A stretch of DNA of 63,381 bases, the filler included, from Asterionella formosa (lineage: Eukaryota), in the NCBI GenBank assembly GCA_002256025.1. It is 7 parts of 7 records of this genome, joined end to end, with 100 filler letters (N's around TTAATTAATTAA, not from the genome) between each part and the next. Parts side by side here need not be neighbours in the genome. Positions count along the whole stretch, not along the records: positions 1 to 27,253 come from NKIB01001558.1; 6 more parts are not named here. One strand, given 5' to 3'. Each line of letters starts with the position of its first letter. Within the stretch, counting starts at the first letter, position 1. Shown here piece by piece: positions 11,535-23,585 of this stretch. The notes under the pieces are model-generated. The model was not told where the DNA came from. It saw only the letters and a list, made by a program, of their open reading frames with translations, and did not search any database. Made by a program: the position numbers and the translations under genes.

Positions 11535-12633
11535 ATGTGCTATCCACCAGTAAATAAGAGGCCATTGTTCAGGGAAAGTTTGACTGTTGATGAGGCCAGA
11601 AGAAGAAGTGGCAAAATCCGTCGCCATGCACTACTACAGCATCCATTGTCGAGTGCTCCATTCTGGACTTTGTTCAACAGCAAGCATGATGATGCTCTGA
11701 TAACCTTGTGTGGATTTTATCATGCTTCTTTCGAGCTCCTACACCAGCTGTTCAAACCTTGTTTTCTTGTCTTGATTCCTTTACTCTCTGTAGGAAAAAT
11801 ATGGATTTCATTGTTAGAAATTCAACAACCAAGAAAGGTCGGCAAAGAACTCATGGTTCCTATGTGATTCTTCAGATTGTTTCGGATTCACTCACGGTTC
11901 TTTGAGTGTTTGTTTGAGGTTTTCAAGGCAAATGAGTGTAAAAGTACTGCTGACACATGAAGATGCCATTGTGAGACTGCCTACTGCAGACGAAGCCACC
12001 TTGTTTGCAACCATGATCAATCAGAAAACCTACTTATAAGAAATTGCTGGGGAGCGATGGATGGTCTGAAACTGACCCTGCAACAAGCTGGAAATGAAAC
12101 ACAGCAGAACAATTTCTACAATAGATGGACTCGCTCATGAAGACTATGTGACAAACTTGTATCATATTTCGCCTTATGGCAAAATTCACTGCTCATATTT
12201 CAATGCACCTGGTGTTCTCCATGACTTCACCATGGCAATTTGGACATCGATATATGATCAGATTGAATTATTTTACAGGGATACAGGTTAAAGAGTAGTT
12301 GTGGATTCAGCATTTGCATCTAAGAAATCAAATGCAAAATTGAAATTGCATCAAAATAATGTTGATACAAATGGTAATCCTTGACAAAGAATTGGTGTGA
12401 ATCGCCAAGCCACCTCAATCCAACAGCTGTCGGAATGGGGAATGCGATGCCTTCAGGGATCATTTCCGAGAATCAAAGACAAATTTCGTTACGAAGAAAA
12501 AGGTGAGAGAATATTAATTCTCCAAATGATTGTATTGCTCTAAACCTTTTGTGCTAGCAAAGTTGGTCAGAACCAAATTACTTCAGTGTATATGCCCTAT
12601 TTGCATAGGAATGCAAATAGATATGCCATGTAA
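11535..12633 (+). pseudogene. PIF/Harbinger DDE transposase pseudogene
   Basis: Motifs across frameshifts and stops: DDALITLCGF, CWGAMDGLKL, NAPGVLHD, VVVDSAF, IQQLSEWGMRCLQGSFPRIK, VGQNQI..VYMP. Confidence 0.85.
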
Positions 12634-12696
12634 TTCAAAGAAATAATTCATTCATGATTATTTACCACCACTTCTTTCATTTTATATTAGAATGAA

Positions 12697-13629
12697 TTAA
12701 TTCATCATCACTACTACTACCACTGTTGTTTTTTGGTGTTTGACATTGAGTTGAGGCAAGGTTTGTTGTGTATTGTAACCTGCTGTTGTATTTAAATTTT
12801 GGTTTTGCATTGTTTGCTGCATTAAAATCATGTTCGAAACAATAATTGAATTCATCATTGCCTGAATGGGATCAGCATTGTCAGATTTGGAGGTGGCTGT
12901 TTGAGGTACCCCACAATTCAACAATGATGCCATGATTGACATCATCATCATGTTCATCATATTATGCTGCTATTTTTGCTGCTGTTGATGCTGCAGGTTA
13001 TCAGTATCAGTTCAAGTAGCCTTGTGAAGCAACTGCGTCGACAGAAGAGAAATCACTTTCTCAACAGTCCCAGTATTGCTCAACACTGCCTTACCTCTAA
13101 ATCGAGGGGACACCATAAATCTTGAACCAGAGAAATTAGCATAAGCGGCAGAAGTTGCTTCACCATTGTCTTCACTCTCCCCAGAAATTGCTATAAAATC
13201 ATCATCAACATTTGGCTTGTCAATATTGGGCTCATCGTGTTCCCTCTCTATCCTAAGATCAGACAAGTCAATCTCAGCACTTGCATATGCTCGTTGCTCG
13301 ATTTTTCGAAAAATGTGTTTGGCTTCTCTCACCTCAGCAGGGCATGTTGGTTCCCCAGTTGGTTTCTTAACTTTGTGCAGCTGTGTAAACTTTCGGCGAA
13401 GTGAAGATCCTGTCTGTTCTTTGTCTGGGAAATTCTCGTTGTGCTGTGAAGCAACAAATTCCCATTCATGGGACCCAATTGCTTGGCAGGTGAGTAGAAA
13501 TGGCGTCCAGCAATGAGAGGATCTCATTGATCCTGAACTGTTGATCCCAACTCTGCATGCTTCGGTGAGCTCTTGGAAACGTTGGTGGTTGCCTGTCAGT
13601 TGCCATTCTTGCAACTGAACTAGGAGCAC
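12697..13629 (-). pseudogene. Harbinger ORF2 Myb/SANT-like (DUF6818-like) DNA-binding protein remnant
   Basis: IGSHEWEFVASQHNENFP...SLRRKFTQLHKVKKPTGEPTCPAEVREAK followed by a Gln/Met-rich tail. Convergent with the transposase inside the TIRs. Confidence 0.75.
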
Positions 13630-15107
13630 GTAAAAACCGTTGTTGTTCCTTGATGGGGACTGAGTAACCCCAGAAACACCAATCTGAGAAACACTGGGAT
13701 TTGGTCAACACAAACTCAAATTTTGGGGTTATGGGTACAACGATTTGTATTGATAAAATAATTTTTTATTATCAGAGCACGCCCAGTAAGACCTTTCGTC
13801 TACTGCTCATAGCAAGGCAACTGTAATTAGTATGTTGAGATATGAGATATGAGATATGAGAAACTTAGCTTATTTATGCTGAAAGTAATGGCCTTGCTTT
13901 CCTGGACCTCCCAGTGGTTTCCAACCAATCCCATGTGCTACAAGTTATTTGTTATCATCAGCCATATGTTGCAATAGATATGCTTGTCTGTTCATGGATT
14001 ATTTTTGGTTCATTATATGGGCTCTTGACTAATAGGAGAAATCAGGAGTTTGGAAACTTATCATGTTGACTTCAGTTTTGGGGAATTTTCCTCAAAATTG
14101 CTGCCTGTGATGGAGGAAATCTCCTGATATCTCTGCAATGGTGCCAAGAAGCTAAACGAGCCTCAGCATGTCATACTAGTGAAAAGAATGGAGCAATTGT
14201 TATGGGAGTAAAGATCAGCAATCTTGCGATTGCAACTCTTATTTGTTGCATGATAAATACAATAATATAGTGAAAATTTATTCTGATATTTTTCTTTCAC
14301 AAAGCTGAGTTTTCAGTGCATTGTCCCAGATTTGGGTTGGAGAAGCTAAATCAACCTGGAGGCAGGAATGAATTCTTTCGGTGTTTAGTCTGCAACATTT
14401 ACTTATAAAAAAATGTTAAAAGGTCTGCTTTAACTCGTTCTCCTTCCAACATAAGTGATGACATGTGGTTTTAAAAAAATTCTTCTGTTGTTAACACCCA
14501 TGCAATCATTTGTGTCATGAGTCCAAATTCTCTCTTTTGACTGATCAGCTTTTGTTGATGTAGATCCAAAATGGTATGGCTGGCTGCAGATAAGAGCAAC
14601 TCAAACACATGTAACCTTCATGTACATTGCTGTCGACTATTAAAAAGTTCATGAGCTCTTGTTCCCTTACCATCACCGTTATTCTTGTCTGCCTTGAATC
14701 AAGGATTAAAAAGCAAGTCAATGGGAAATTGTGTGCTGCCCTAGGCCGAACACAGGCTCATAAATTTTGTGGCGTGGACATCTATTGTCATTCTGAAGCG
14801 TGAAGTTATGAGATTTTGCGCTTTGTGACATTTCTTGGGCATGGTGCTACCCTATGTCTGTCTGGTTCAGTGTACACAAGTAAGCCAATCAATGCATTAG
14901 TACTATGGGTTGGAGCAGATGAACGAATACTATGATCCGGCAAAACCAGAGATGGTACAGCGTTTGTTTTCGGTGACTTGGTGCCCCTTGATTTAGATGA
15001 AAAAATGGGAATTGTTTCTCTAGAAGGTCCCTTTTGTGCTACAGACACGAAAGTAGTGCATTAACTCGCATTAATACGACATCAGCACCTTGGTGTTTCT
15101 TCATTGC

Positions 15108-17474
15108 TCATACTTTATTTTGAGGAACATTTGCCACCTCCTTCTCAAAGTCAAGTCGTTTCGCCTCGATCGCATTCTTGACATCCTCTCGAAATACAAG
15201 TAGTCGGGATAGAGAAGGCCCTTCTGCCATTTTCAAAATTTTTCCCTTGCTCATAGTTGCAATGGACATCGATTTCGCACTTGCCTTGTCCTCCGAGAAA
15301 CCTGCCTCCACAGTTGAAGAAAAAATGGAATTAAGGGGGGTAGTTTCATTGCCGGGAAGCTCTTCCTCTGATGATTTGGACTCTCTCGAAGCAGCATTTA
15401 ATTTTTCAATGCATTTATCAGCGTTAGCGAGTATTACGGCCTCTTTGGAAAACACTCTCCACCTCGGCGCATCATCAAATGAGGTTGGTATTAATCCCTC
15501 ATCAGACTCTGTAGGTGGTAAAGTCAGGAATGACAAACCGGAAACTGAGCTTCCAACCGATTTGACAGATCCAGTAGGTGATGAGGGTCGGGGCAAGGAA
15601 AGAATGACAAGATCACTTGCGTACTGTCGGCGCCTTCGCGAAACATGATAATCATTCCCTTCAACTGGAACTGCAGCTTGACTGTTGGTGCGGCTAGTGA
15701 CAACTGAATAGTCTGAATGACCTGGTTGACTACTCCGAGCTGTCGGCGCGTAGCCACCTTCCTTCTTGTATTCAACCGTATTCGATCCTGGATTATGATT
15801 ATTGTTACCGCTGTCAGCATTTGTTGGCCAAGGAAGGCTGCTCGATATCATCTCGTCAGTGACATGCAACAACGAAAGAGATTTCTCTTCTGGGGACATT
15901 TGCATTATAGTAGTCTTGGAAAGCTTGGCGTTGGAGGAGCTCAGGTTCCTATGGTGCGGTTTTTCTCGCTTAAGACGCTTCAGTATTGCACTCGATTTCG
16001 ACTTGACAAGCAACAGCGAAAGAGATTTCTTCTCTGGAGACATTTGCATTACAGCAGTCTTGGAGAGCTTGGTGTTAGAGGAGCTCACTTTCCTATGGTG
16101 TGGCTTTTCTCGCTTAAGGCGCTTCAATATTGCATTCGATTTCGACTTGACTTCTAGTGGTGACTTTTTCTTGCTCAATCTGTCGACAAACAATTTTTCC
16201 TTGGCAGAAACCTCCCTCTCTTCATCCGCGGAAGTCTCTTCTCTGGCACTTTCACCAACCTCGACAGGGCTGTCCTTCAACATGTCTTCAATAGCTAATA
16301 TTGCCTTCGAGTGAGAGTATATGAATGGTCCGGTTGTAACAGTTGGCTCCGAATTCCGGCGGCGTGCCCGAGACTTGGCTTCAAAGAAACGACGTTGTGA
16401 CTCCATACTGGCAGCACTCAAGAGAGACATACTTCCGACACTGACGCTATCATTGTCGTCATCGTCTTCATCCAAATTTTCAAAATCGAAGAACCAACTG
16501 TTGGTATCCTTTAAATCAAAGGACTTACTGCGCTTTAATCGTGGTTGCTTTAATTCTTTGACCATACCCTGGATATTTTCAAATTCTTTGTGTAGAACAC
16601 GATAATTCTGAACGTCTTCGTATCGGTCTTCGAACTTGCTGGCGCGACGCTTAATCTTTGCTTGATGATTCATTAACTTAACTTGGACCTTGAGCTTGTT
16701 GAACTGAGACAAGGTATGTGGATCTACAGATGTAGGTGTCGGCCGATGTGTCTTCGCTTCTCTTGACTTTGAAGGAGGACTGTGATGGACGATACTATTT
16801 GGCTTTGTGCTTTTGGCATTTCTCAATTTGATGTGAGATTGCGGCCTTGGTGGCGACTTCTGCCGAGTGGAAATTTTCTTCTTCGGAATCATGAGCGGTC
16901 CAGGCTCCATTTCCCAATTGTCGATTTCATTGTCTTCCTCAGTGACTCGATGAAAGGACTCTTCCTCGTCACTTGGTGCATCAGGATCCACCTCCTCGGG
17001 AATTACGTCTTCATCAAACTCTTCGTCAAAGTCAGCGACAACTTGTATGGTGTGTCGTATTGACGGAGATTTCACAAGCATTGGTTCGGTTAGATCTGGA
17101 ACTCGATCAATTTCGTCATATTCCTCTTCTTCCTCCGTGAGATACTGCTGAGACAAGCTCTTGGTCAGTGAAGCGATCTGCGCCAGCATACTTGAAGAAC
17201 TTTCTGAACGTTCGTCGTCGTCGAGCGATTTGATAGCCGACGAGGGAGTCTCAGGTGTTGTTCCGGTGGTATATTCCGACGGAGACGCAAGCCCTCGAGC
17301 GGGGAAGTCATTGAATCCTCTTAAATTTAAGCGTTTAGGTCGCTTATTGTTTGTAGTGTTTGTATTCGCTGACTCGTGGACTAATTGCAGAGGTCGTAGG
17401 TTCCGTTCTTTCGCATTGAGAGGCGGAGAGTGTGAGTTCAAATCCGACTGGAAGATACTCTGGCATTGACCCAT
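15108..17474 (-). CDS. Hypothetical protein with N-terminal MGxCxS acylation motif and a 48-aa tandem duplication
   Basis: Long ORF with ATG at 17474 giving MGQCQS (myristoylation/palmitoylation-like). Acidic and Ser-rich tracts. 144-bp duplication at 15866-16151. Confidence 0.8.
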   Translation of the reverse strand: MGQCQSIFQSDLNSHSPPLNAKERNLRPLQLVHESANTNTTNNKRPKRLNLRGFNDFPARGLASPSEYTTGTTPETPSSAIKSLDDDERSESSSSMLAQIASLTKSLSQQYLTEEEEEYDEIDRVPDLTEPMLVKSPSIRHTIQVVADFDEEFDEDVIPEEVDPDAPSDEEESFHRVTEEDNEIDNWEMEPGPLMIPKKKISTRQKSPPRPQSHIKLRNAKSTKPNSIVHHSPPSKSREAKTHRPTPTSVDPHTLSQFNKLKVQVKLMNHQAKIKRRASKFEDRYEDVQNYRVLHKEFENIQGMVKELKQPRLKRSKSFDLKDTNSWFFDFENLDEDDDDNDSVSVGSMSLLSAASMESQRRFFEAKSRARRRNSEPTVTTGPFIYSHSKAILAIEDMLKDSPVEVGESAREETSADEEREVSAKEKLFVDRLSKKKSPLEVKSKSNAILKRLKREKPHHRKVSSSNTKLSKTAVMQMSPEKKSLSLLLVKSKSSAILKRLKREKPHHRNLSSSNAKLSKTTIMQMSPEEKSLSLLHVTDEMISSSLPWPTNADSGNNNHNPGSNTVEYKKEGGYAPTARSSQPGHSDYSVVTSRTNSQAAVPVEGNDYHVSRRRRQYASDLVILSLPRPSSPTGSVKSVGSSVSGLSFLTLPPTESDEGLIPTSFDDAPRWRVFSKEAVILANADKCIEKLNAASRESKSSEEELPGNETTPLNSIFSSTVEAGFSEDKASAKSMSIATMSKGKILKMAEGPSLSRLLVFREDVKNAIEAKRLDFEKEVANVPQNKV

Positions 17475-18134
17475 GGTGGTGATACGTTGTCTGGAATTCA
17501 ATCCACTTCAAATCCCAACGGTGACTAGAAAAGAAACTGACGTAGAAGCGAGAGGAATTTGGTGTAGAAAATGCGATCGGTTTACAATGCAATCAATTTT
17601 CCTCAACGGTATCTCAAAACTTAGATTACGATTATGATTGATTGATTTGCTTCAGCTGCGATTGCGTGCTATACAGTTCCATATAGTAATCTTCTGGATC
17701 AACAACAAACATAAAGATTCGATGGACCTTGCCTTCTGCAACTTTGAGGTTGAGGATTAACGTAGTATTTGTAAGTATGTTATGTCTAAAATCCAAAGAA
17801 CGGTGATTTAGTCGTTTGTGTATGCTCAATTTTAAGCACTTGGCGCGAAACAGTTGCCGAGACTGTACATCCATACCCGTATACAAACAACCAGGGGGTA
17901 CCTGGTTACCAGCTACTCCGTCAATGAATATTCAGTACTGTACTCCGGTTATTTGCAGACCGACGCAACATAGCACCGGTAGGCACCGGTACAATTTTTT
18001 TGTTTTGAATTATTTTTGACGGACTGAAATCGACAACGGTCGTTAAGCAAGCGTGGTCATTTATATAATGAGTAACGCCGCTTTACCGGTACAAATCAAA
18101 AATTCGATTTTGAAATCGTCGGACGAGGAAGACC

Positions 18135-18426
18135 GCTTTGGTACGCAGGTACCACGTATACCCGGTATTTCAGCAGTATACCGTTTACCTGGTACGAGGT
18201 GGACTACCAGGTACCAGGAACCAGGGTACAAGTCTCACCGTTAAATTTGATCCATCATATTTTCCCAGTTCTATATGTCAGTACTCCACGGTACTACGTA
18301 GCTAGACGTGTACCGTACCTGGTACCAGAACCAGGTAAAGTGCCAGCATCTGGTACCTGGTACCCTGGTACCTTGAGAGTACCTACCACTGTGGTACCTG
18401 GTACCATGGTACCAGGTACCGGTATG
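18135..18426. repeat. Dense array of TA-CC(n)GG-TA / GGTACC micro-palindromes
   Basis: e.g. ggtacctggtaccctggtacc (18352-18372) and ggtacctggtaccatggtaccaggtaccggta (18393-18424). Confidence 0.9.
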
Positions 18427-19429
18427 TGAGAGAGCGGAACGTACTTGCGATCAAGTCGTCAACGACTGATTTAAAAGTAGATACCAAACTGGGTACTTGG
18501 TAGAGAACCGGGTAGGTGTTTAAAAACGGTGAAATATTATGAATATTGTAAAGTACGATATAGCTCAGATGCATCATCATCAGAAGCAGAGAGAAACTAC
18601 AAAAAGAACCCTCGTTGGCCCTTGAGCATAATTATTTAGAAATTCTTTCGATGTATTAATCACCATACCGGTACCCTGGTAGTGTAATCGTTGTTTCTGG
18701 CGGGGGAGCATCTTGCATCATGTTGTTGCCGCCTTGACCAGCATGACGAAAATAGCGGATATCTCTGCGAAAATCGAGAACAACGCCTTCCTATTTGATA
18801 TGTATATCTAGCACAACGTAAATATACAACTGCACAAGAACTATTGGTATAGCACTAGTATTACCAACGAAAATTAAAGTCGCCAATTTAGAAGTTTTTC
18901 ATTTACTTTTAGAAATGATGTTTGACAAAGATTCAACACTTCAAACTAGCTGCACAACAACTACTGCTACACAATATAATTACTAATTGAAACTACTGTG
19001 TTGTCTGAACAACTGTGCGCATCTCAAGATTTGCTGATGTTTCATGACAAGAGTAAATGATGCAATTTTGCTGATTACAATAAAATTGCTTGTTTTGCTA
19101 TCTCGCTCATCATCGTATGCACATACCAGTACAGACCAGTATCTATGCATGATTACTACCAGTTGGCAACAGCAGCATGACCTCCATGGCCAAACTACAA
19201 ACGATTTTTCCTCGTACATATGTTGTGTACAACAGTACAGCCTGCCCCACCCAGGAGCTTGTGTCAGATGACAGTTTGTCAGACACATACTGTAGTAATA
19301 GTTTTCAGACATCATTAACTTCTTGTCTGACACACACAAATAGCATAGTACATATTCTTGGATCAAGATGATGGAAGACAGCATGAAGCTAGAAGACAGC
19401 ATGAAACTAGTACCAGTGTACCATTACTG

Positions 19430-20050
19430 ATTTTACCTACTACTGTTAAACAGTACATCTAATACCTGTGCTTCAAGTGTGGCTGGTGTGATTTTACAAG
19501 ACCGGATTACTTCAGCCAATCTGGAGCAGGTGAGTAAATTCAATTCAACCAATCAGAATATGTGTAGGGCAGTGATGCGGCAACTCACCCTGGAGTCTTT
19601 TCGGACTGAGAACTATGCAGCAAAACATACCTATGCAAGACTCTAACTCTACGAGAACGTTTTGCACACACAAATTCCGATTCCAATATTTTGGCAACTG
19701 TTGAAAAAGCCGATCGGGTCGACTTTTTGGAGGACGATTGCTCTAGCTACATCTGCGGGGTTTCATGAAGATTGAAGTACCCGGTAGACAGCCGTGTACC
19801 CTATAACGTCAGGAGTTAACTTCTGGAGAGAAACTGCAGTTATGTATTGTAGATTTTTAGAAAAGCTTCGTAGCCTCCTTTTTGACTATTTTTGCTATGA
19901 TTACGAATCTGCGATACATAACTGCAGTTTCTATCCAGAACTGATGTCCTTGCTATATCCGAAGATAGAACATGCCCCTAAGTCGACCTATGACTGTAGC
20001 TAAGCATATGCAAAGTGGTCGTATTGCTGGTGAAAGCTAATTTTACCTTT
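19430..20050 (-). repeat. Dispersed repeat, diverged reverse-complement copy of ~36775-37330
   Basis: Shared blocks ctggagcaggtgagtaaa..caaccaatcagaat, ggagtcttt..cggac.gagaa and ggtgaaagctaa, present in inverse order at 36775-37330. Confidence 0.75.
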
Positions 20051-20844
20051 AACTATTTTTTGTACTTGTACTAAAGGTCTGGATTAACGTGCATCATAAA
20101 TTATTTTGGGGAAAAATGGACCTCGTAATATGTAACTCCTGTGGTCGTAATGTGTAACTCCTGTGGGGCCGCAACCTTAATCCATTGGATATTTGGAGAT
20201 ATTGGGAGCCGCTTGATGATTGCTGCTACCGCTATTCAATGTCCGCATTGGCAGGATGTCATCCTGCATGCCTTACCATGAAAGAAAGTGACGTAGCCAG
20301 TGAAGCGGCACTGTCACTGCAGAGGTATAGTTTTAATGACATGTCGATCTTGTATAACGAGATAAAAGAGTTTATGAAAAGATGACTTGAGGCTATCCCA
20401 AACAGTTCCGCACGAGTTGAACTATTCCAAACAACAGATGGCTATTATTTCCTTTATATTTCTGCTGGTCCATGCTAGTTGCAAGCACCAACCAAATGAA
20501 CTTCAGCTGTCCGCTAGCCAACAGAGAGGCATCTATCGCTAGTATGTTGACGCGAAAGGCCCAGACAAAGGAATCTTATGAGGCGGATGGATCCCATTGG
20601 TGCGAAGTGGAGATGTTCTAAGATTCTGCTGTGAGTTCGTGTTAGTGCGGAAGATCCTGAATTGTCTCTTGGTAGGTGAAGGGTACTGATGGGGACATAC
20701 TATCTTCTATGTGTCTGTACTGGACCCTACCTGTGTCGAGAATTTCGCACCATGGTCTTTCTGTTGGTGGACACCTGTCTCTCTCTCCATTCAGTTTTGT
20801 GTCGAACTTAATTCTTGTGGGTTGCCTTGAAATATTGCAGTAGG

Positions 20845-21200
20845 TATACGAATTGACACGGGAAAATTCAAAGACAGTACATCAGGTTGTGGATAACAAT
20901 GATATCCTCATGCATTGTATATATTTGAATTATGTGTAAGCTTAATTGATGATAGCATAAACATTATGTCCATATATTTATATGTTTTCAAATTTTTATA
21001 AATGTATACATAGCCTTTACATTTGAAATCATATTTAGAGGTTCCTTGTTATGCCTACCAGTACCACATGATCCTGAAATGAAAGATAATCTCTGCCCTG
21101 TGACAAGGAAAACTGAAAGAACGACACTTCAACACACATAATGATGATAAACCTTGCAGCTTAGATGGATTGAAAATGGAAGAGTGAATGGAATCTAGCT
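20845..21200 (+). repeat. Dispersed repeat related to ~285-780
   Basis: Shared gaattgacac...tcatgcattgtatatatttgaa.tatgt.taa, acatttgaaatcat and cctgaaatgaa.gat blocks. Confidence 0.6.
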
Positions 21201-22457
21201 ATCATGGTATGTCAATAGTACACTTAAGAAAATGTTCCATGTTTATCCAATTTGAATGGCATGGGTTTGCAGGACCTCACAAACCAGGCCAATCAAACAG
21301 AGGAATGTAATTAACATTCACCAATCATATTATATATGTGGAAGCAGGCACTTACAATGGAATTTGTTGTGGACAGGAGATTTTAGGACTAAAATTTTCA
21401 GCACAAGACTACCATTCTGAAGATGACACTTTGGCACTTAATAATTCTGATTCCATTATTTTGGCAACCATAGAAAAGGATGATTTTGTCAAAATTTTGG
21501 ACAACAATAGCTGAATGTTGGCTGGGTCTGAAGGCAATTTAGATACATAGTTAACTTTCAAATAGCATCAGTATACAATTCATCAGAACCTGTTTTTTCC
21601 AAATTATCTGAGAATATCAAATCTTTCTGGTCATGTTTATTTTGGCAAGTGGGTGCAAACTATTAGAAATTTCAAACTTTGATTTTTCAATGGCTCATGA
21701 GTCAGGAAATAGCGGTTGGTTCTGGTAATGCACAACACAAAGAAGCAAAATTACTGCAACTTGCAGGAGAGAAATTTCGGCACCACACAACCATGTGCTT
21801 GGGTTTGCTCAGGCAAGCAGGACAGGAACCAACAACACAACGCAATATTAACCTGCCAGTAGTGCCTAACCTATCCATTTGGTAATCACGGAGAAGATTC
21901 TCATGATGAGACAGGGGCCTTTCAATTGCAGAGCTCATGGATTCACGCCCTGACGCTTTTCAACAACTCACTTATTCTGATTTGGAAAATGAACAATCCA
22001 TAATGCATTTGCAGCATCGGGGGGACATCACAACACTTGAAAAGATTGATGGCCACTCTAGAGCTCTTAGAAAAATCCAATTCTGATGACCCCACTGAAC
22101 ATTTATCAGCGCAAATTCCATTGCGCAATGCAACCAGTACACCCAGTGTTGACGAGCATGCCCATATTCCACACCATGTCAACGTTTTCAATGCCGTTAA
22201 TGCTAACATAAAATTGGAGACAATCGAAAAATATTATTTGGAATGTTGGAACTGAATGCAGAGTGGGACCTTTTATACCTTCGAAAATGCATTGTCATTG
22301 TAGCAGAGACCATGGAATCTGCACCATTTCAATTGTCTCTCACAGAGAGAGTTTGAATTCGAGCAATTTTTCAATTAAACATATGTAGCTCTATAAATGC
22401 GGAATCGATGATAGGAAGCAGTAATGGTTCTTAAAAGTTTTTACACATTCAAGAGCA

Positions 22458-23585
22458 TTAATCTGTCCCAACCGTAGCTTTAATGCTGGTGGGAGCAAAT
22501 GTCCACGAAACGTGCGCATCTTCATCGTCATGATGATGCCTAATGGTAGCCCACAAGCTGGCTCCAATCCATGAAATGATATCAGGTTGATGTGGTAATG
22601 TCGAAATGGCTTGTGCGGCAATGGCGAGCGGTGCAAGGGATGTAAACGATCCTGGGACGATAGTAAGATCGGAAGTTGGTTCCTCCTCCAATATTTCCGT
22701 TTGATGTTGAAGTATACTTCGAAGCCTTTCGATAACTCGCCTTCCAATATCTGGAACCAATACTATGGCGTCCCCACAAAATACAATGTTAGAAATAAGA
22801 TCTCGCCTCACTTCGATCGACGACGCTTCGAGGCACTTTACAACTGCCATCAGTATACTTTCTGGATTTCTTTCGTTTAACCAATGCTTATCCATATCTG
22901 TTGTCCATGAAGTATGAACAGTTCCGTCAACCTTGGCAGCACTGTTGTAGCCGCTTTGGACGACTGGACGAAAGTAACATAGAAGTGTAAGAACAATGAA
23001 TGTTTTGATTCCTTCGGCACAGCTCAATGCATGCGACGCTACTCCAACGTAATACCTACCTTGCAGAGTATTTTTCAGAGCATGACCATCGGCATGGGCC
23101 ATGCACCAGGTTTCCGTCATTCCAACTTGCACCACCATTCCTCGTGACCACCCCATGGCAATGGGCACAGTCTCCAATGAGTTGACCAGGACGACTGCAG
23201 GTACTCCCAGATTCCATAATCCTCGCAACACCACCACTTCCCATGTTCGCTCCATGTAGGGAGGACCTATTAATACAACACGCCGGGTGGAGGGGGGTGT
23301 CATGAGTAAATTCCAAATCTGCTCAAACATCGGACCCACGATCTGATGCCATTCCATCTCTGTCTTTGGCGCAGTCTGGTTGTTGTCGTGTCGCCAAGGT
23401 ATAATATGCAGTGGCTTGCATTTTTCGGCATACCCAACCCGAATGAGGTAACTGGTCCATTCGATCACAACTGGAGGTCGTTCTGTGGAAACTGAAAATG
23501 CCGAGCGAGCAGAGGACAATCGCGGCCCTTTTCTCTGCGAAGCTGTCGGAATCACGCGGCTTTTGTGGCTCCTGGGAACAACCAT
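22458..23585 (-). CDS. Divergent actin-related protein (most like dynactin ARP10/ARP11), one in-frame 96-nt intron (22964-23059)
   Basis: Actin-fold motifs PVVIEW..LIRVGYA..PLHIIP, RRVVLI, LGVPAV, GMVVQVG..ET, RRDLISNIVFCG and SWIGASL. GTAGGT...CCAG intron. Start codon is uncertain. Confidence 0.7.
   Translation of the reverse strand: MVVPRSHKSRVIPTASQRKGPRLSSARSAFSVSTERPPVVIEWTSYLIRVGYAEKCKPLHIIPWRHDNNQTAPKTEMEWHQIVGPMFEQIWNLLMTPPSTRRVVLIGPPYMERTWEVVVLRGLWNLGVPAVVLVNSLETVPIAMGWSRGMVVQVGMTETWCMAHADGHALKNTLQGRYYVGVASHALSCAEGIKTFIVLTLLCYFRPVVQSGYNSAAKVDGTVHTSWTTDMDKHWLNERNPESILMAVVKCLEASSIEVRRDLISNIVFCGDAIVLVPDIGRRVIERLRSILQHQTEILEEEPTSDLTIVPGSFTSLAPLAIAAQAISTLPHQPDIISWIGASLWATIRHHHDDEDAHVSWTFAPTSIKATVGTD

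Larger units (their letters stand above)
10909..13784 (+). mobile_element. Degenerate PIF/Harbinger DNA transposon
   Basis: TIRs ggccgtgctctgataaataaaaaattatt (10909-10937) and aataattttttattatcagagcacgccc (13757-13784). Convergent transposase and Myb-like remnants inside. No clear TSD. Confidence 0.85.

Noticed and set aside
13900..14800. Decayed coding-like tracts (also 1040-2330, 21250-22330, 47580-49000, 50450-50990)
   Set aside because: Probably TE remnants, but no diagnostic motif was recognisable, so they are left uncalled.
18053..18580. Short ORFs with VPGT/YQVP repeats
   Set aside because: They are translations of the GGTACC(W)GG arrays, not proteins.
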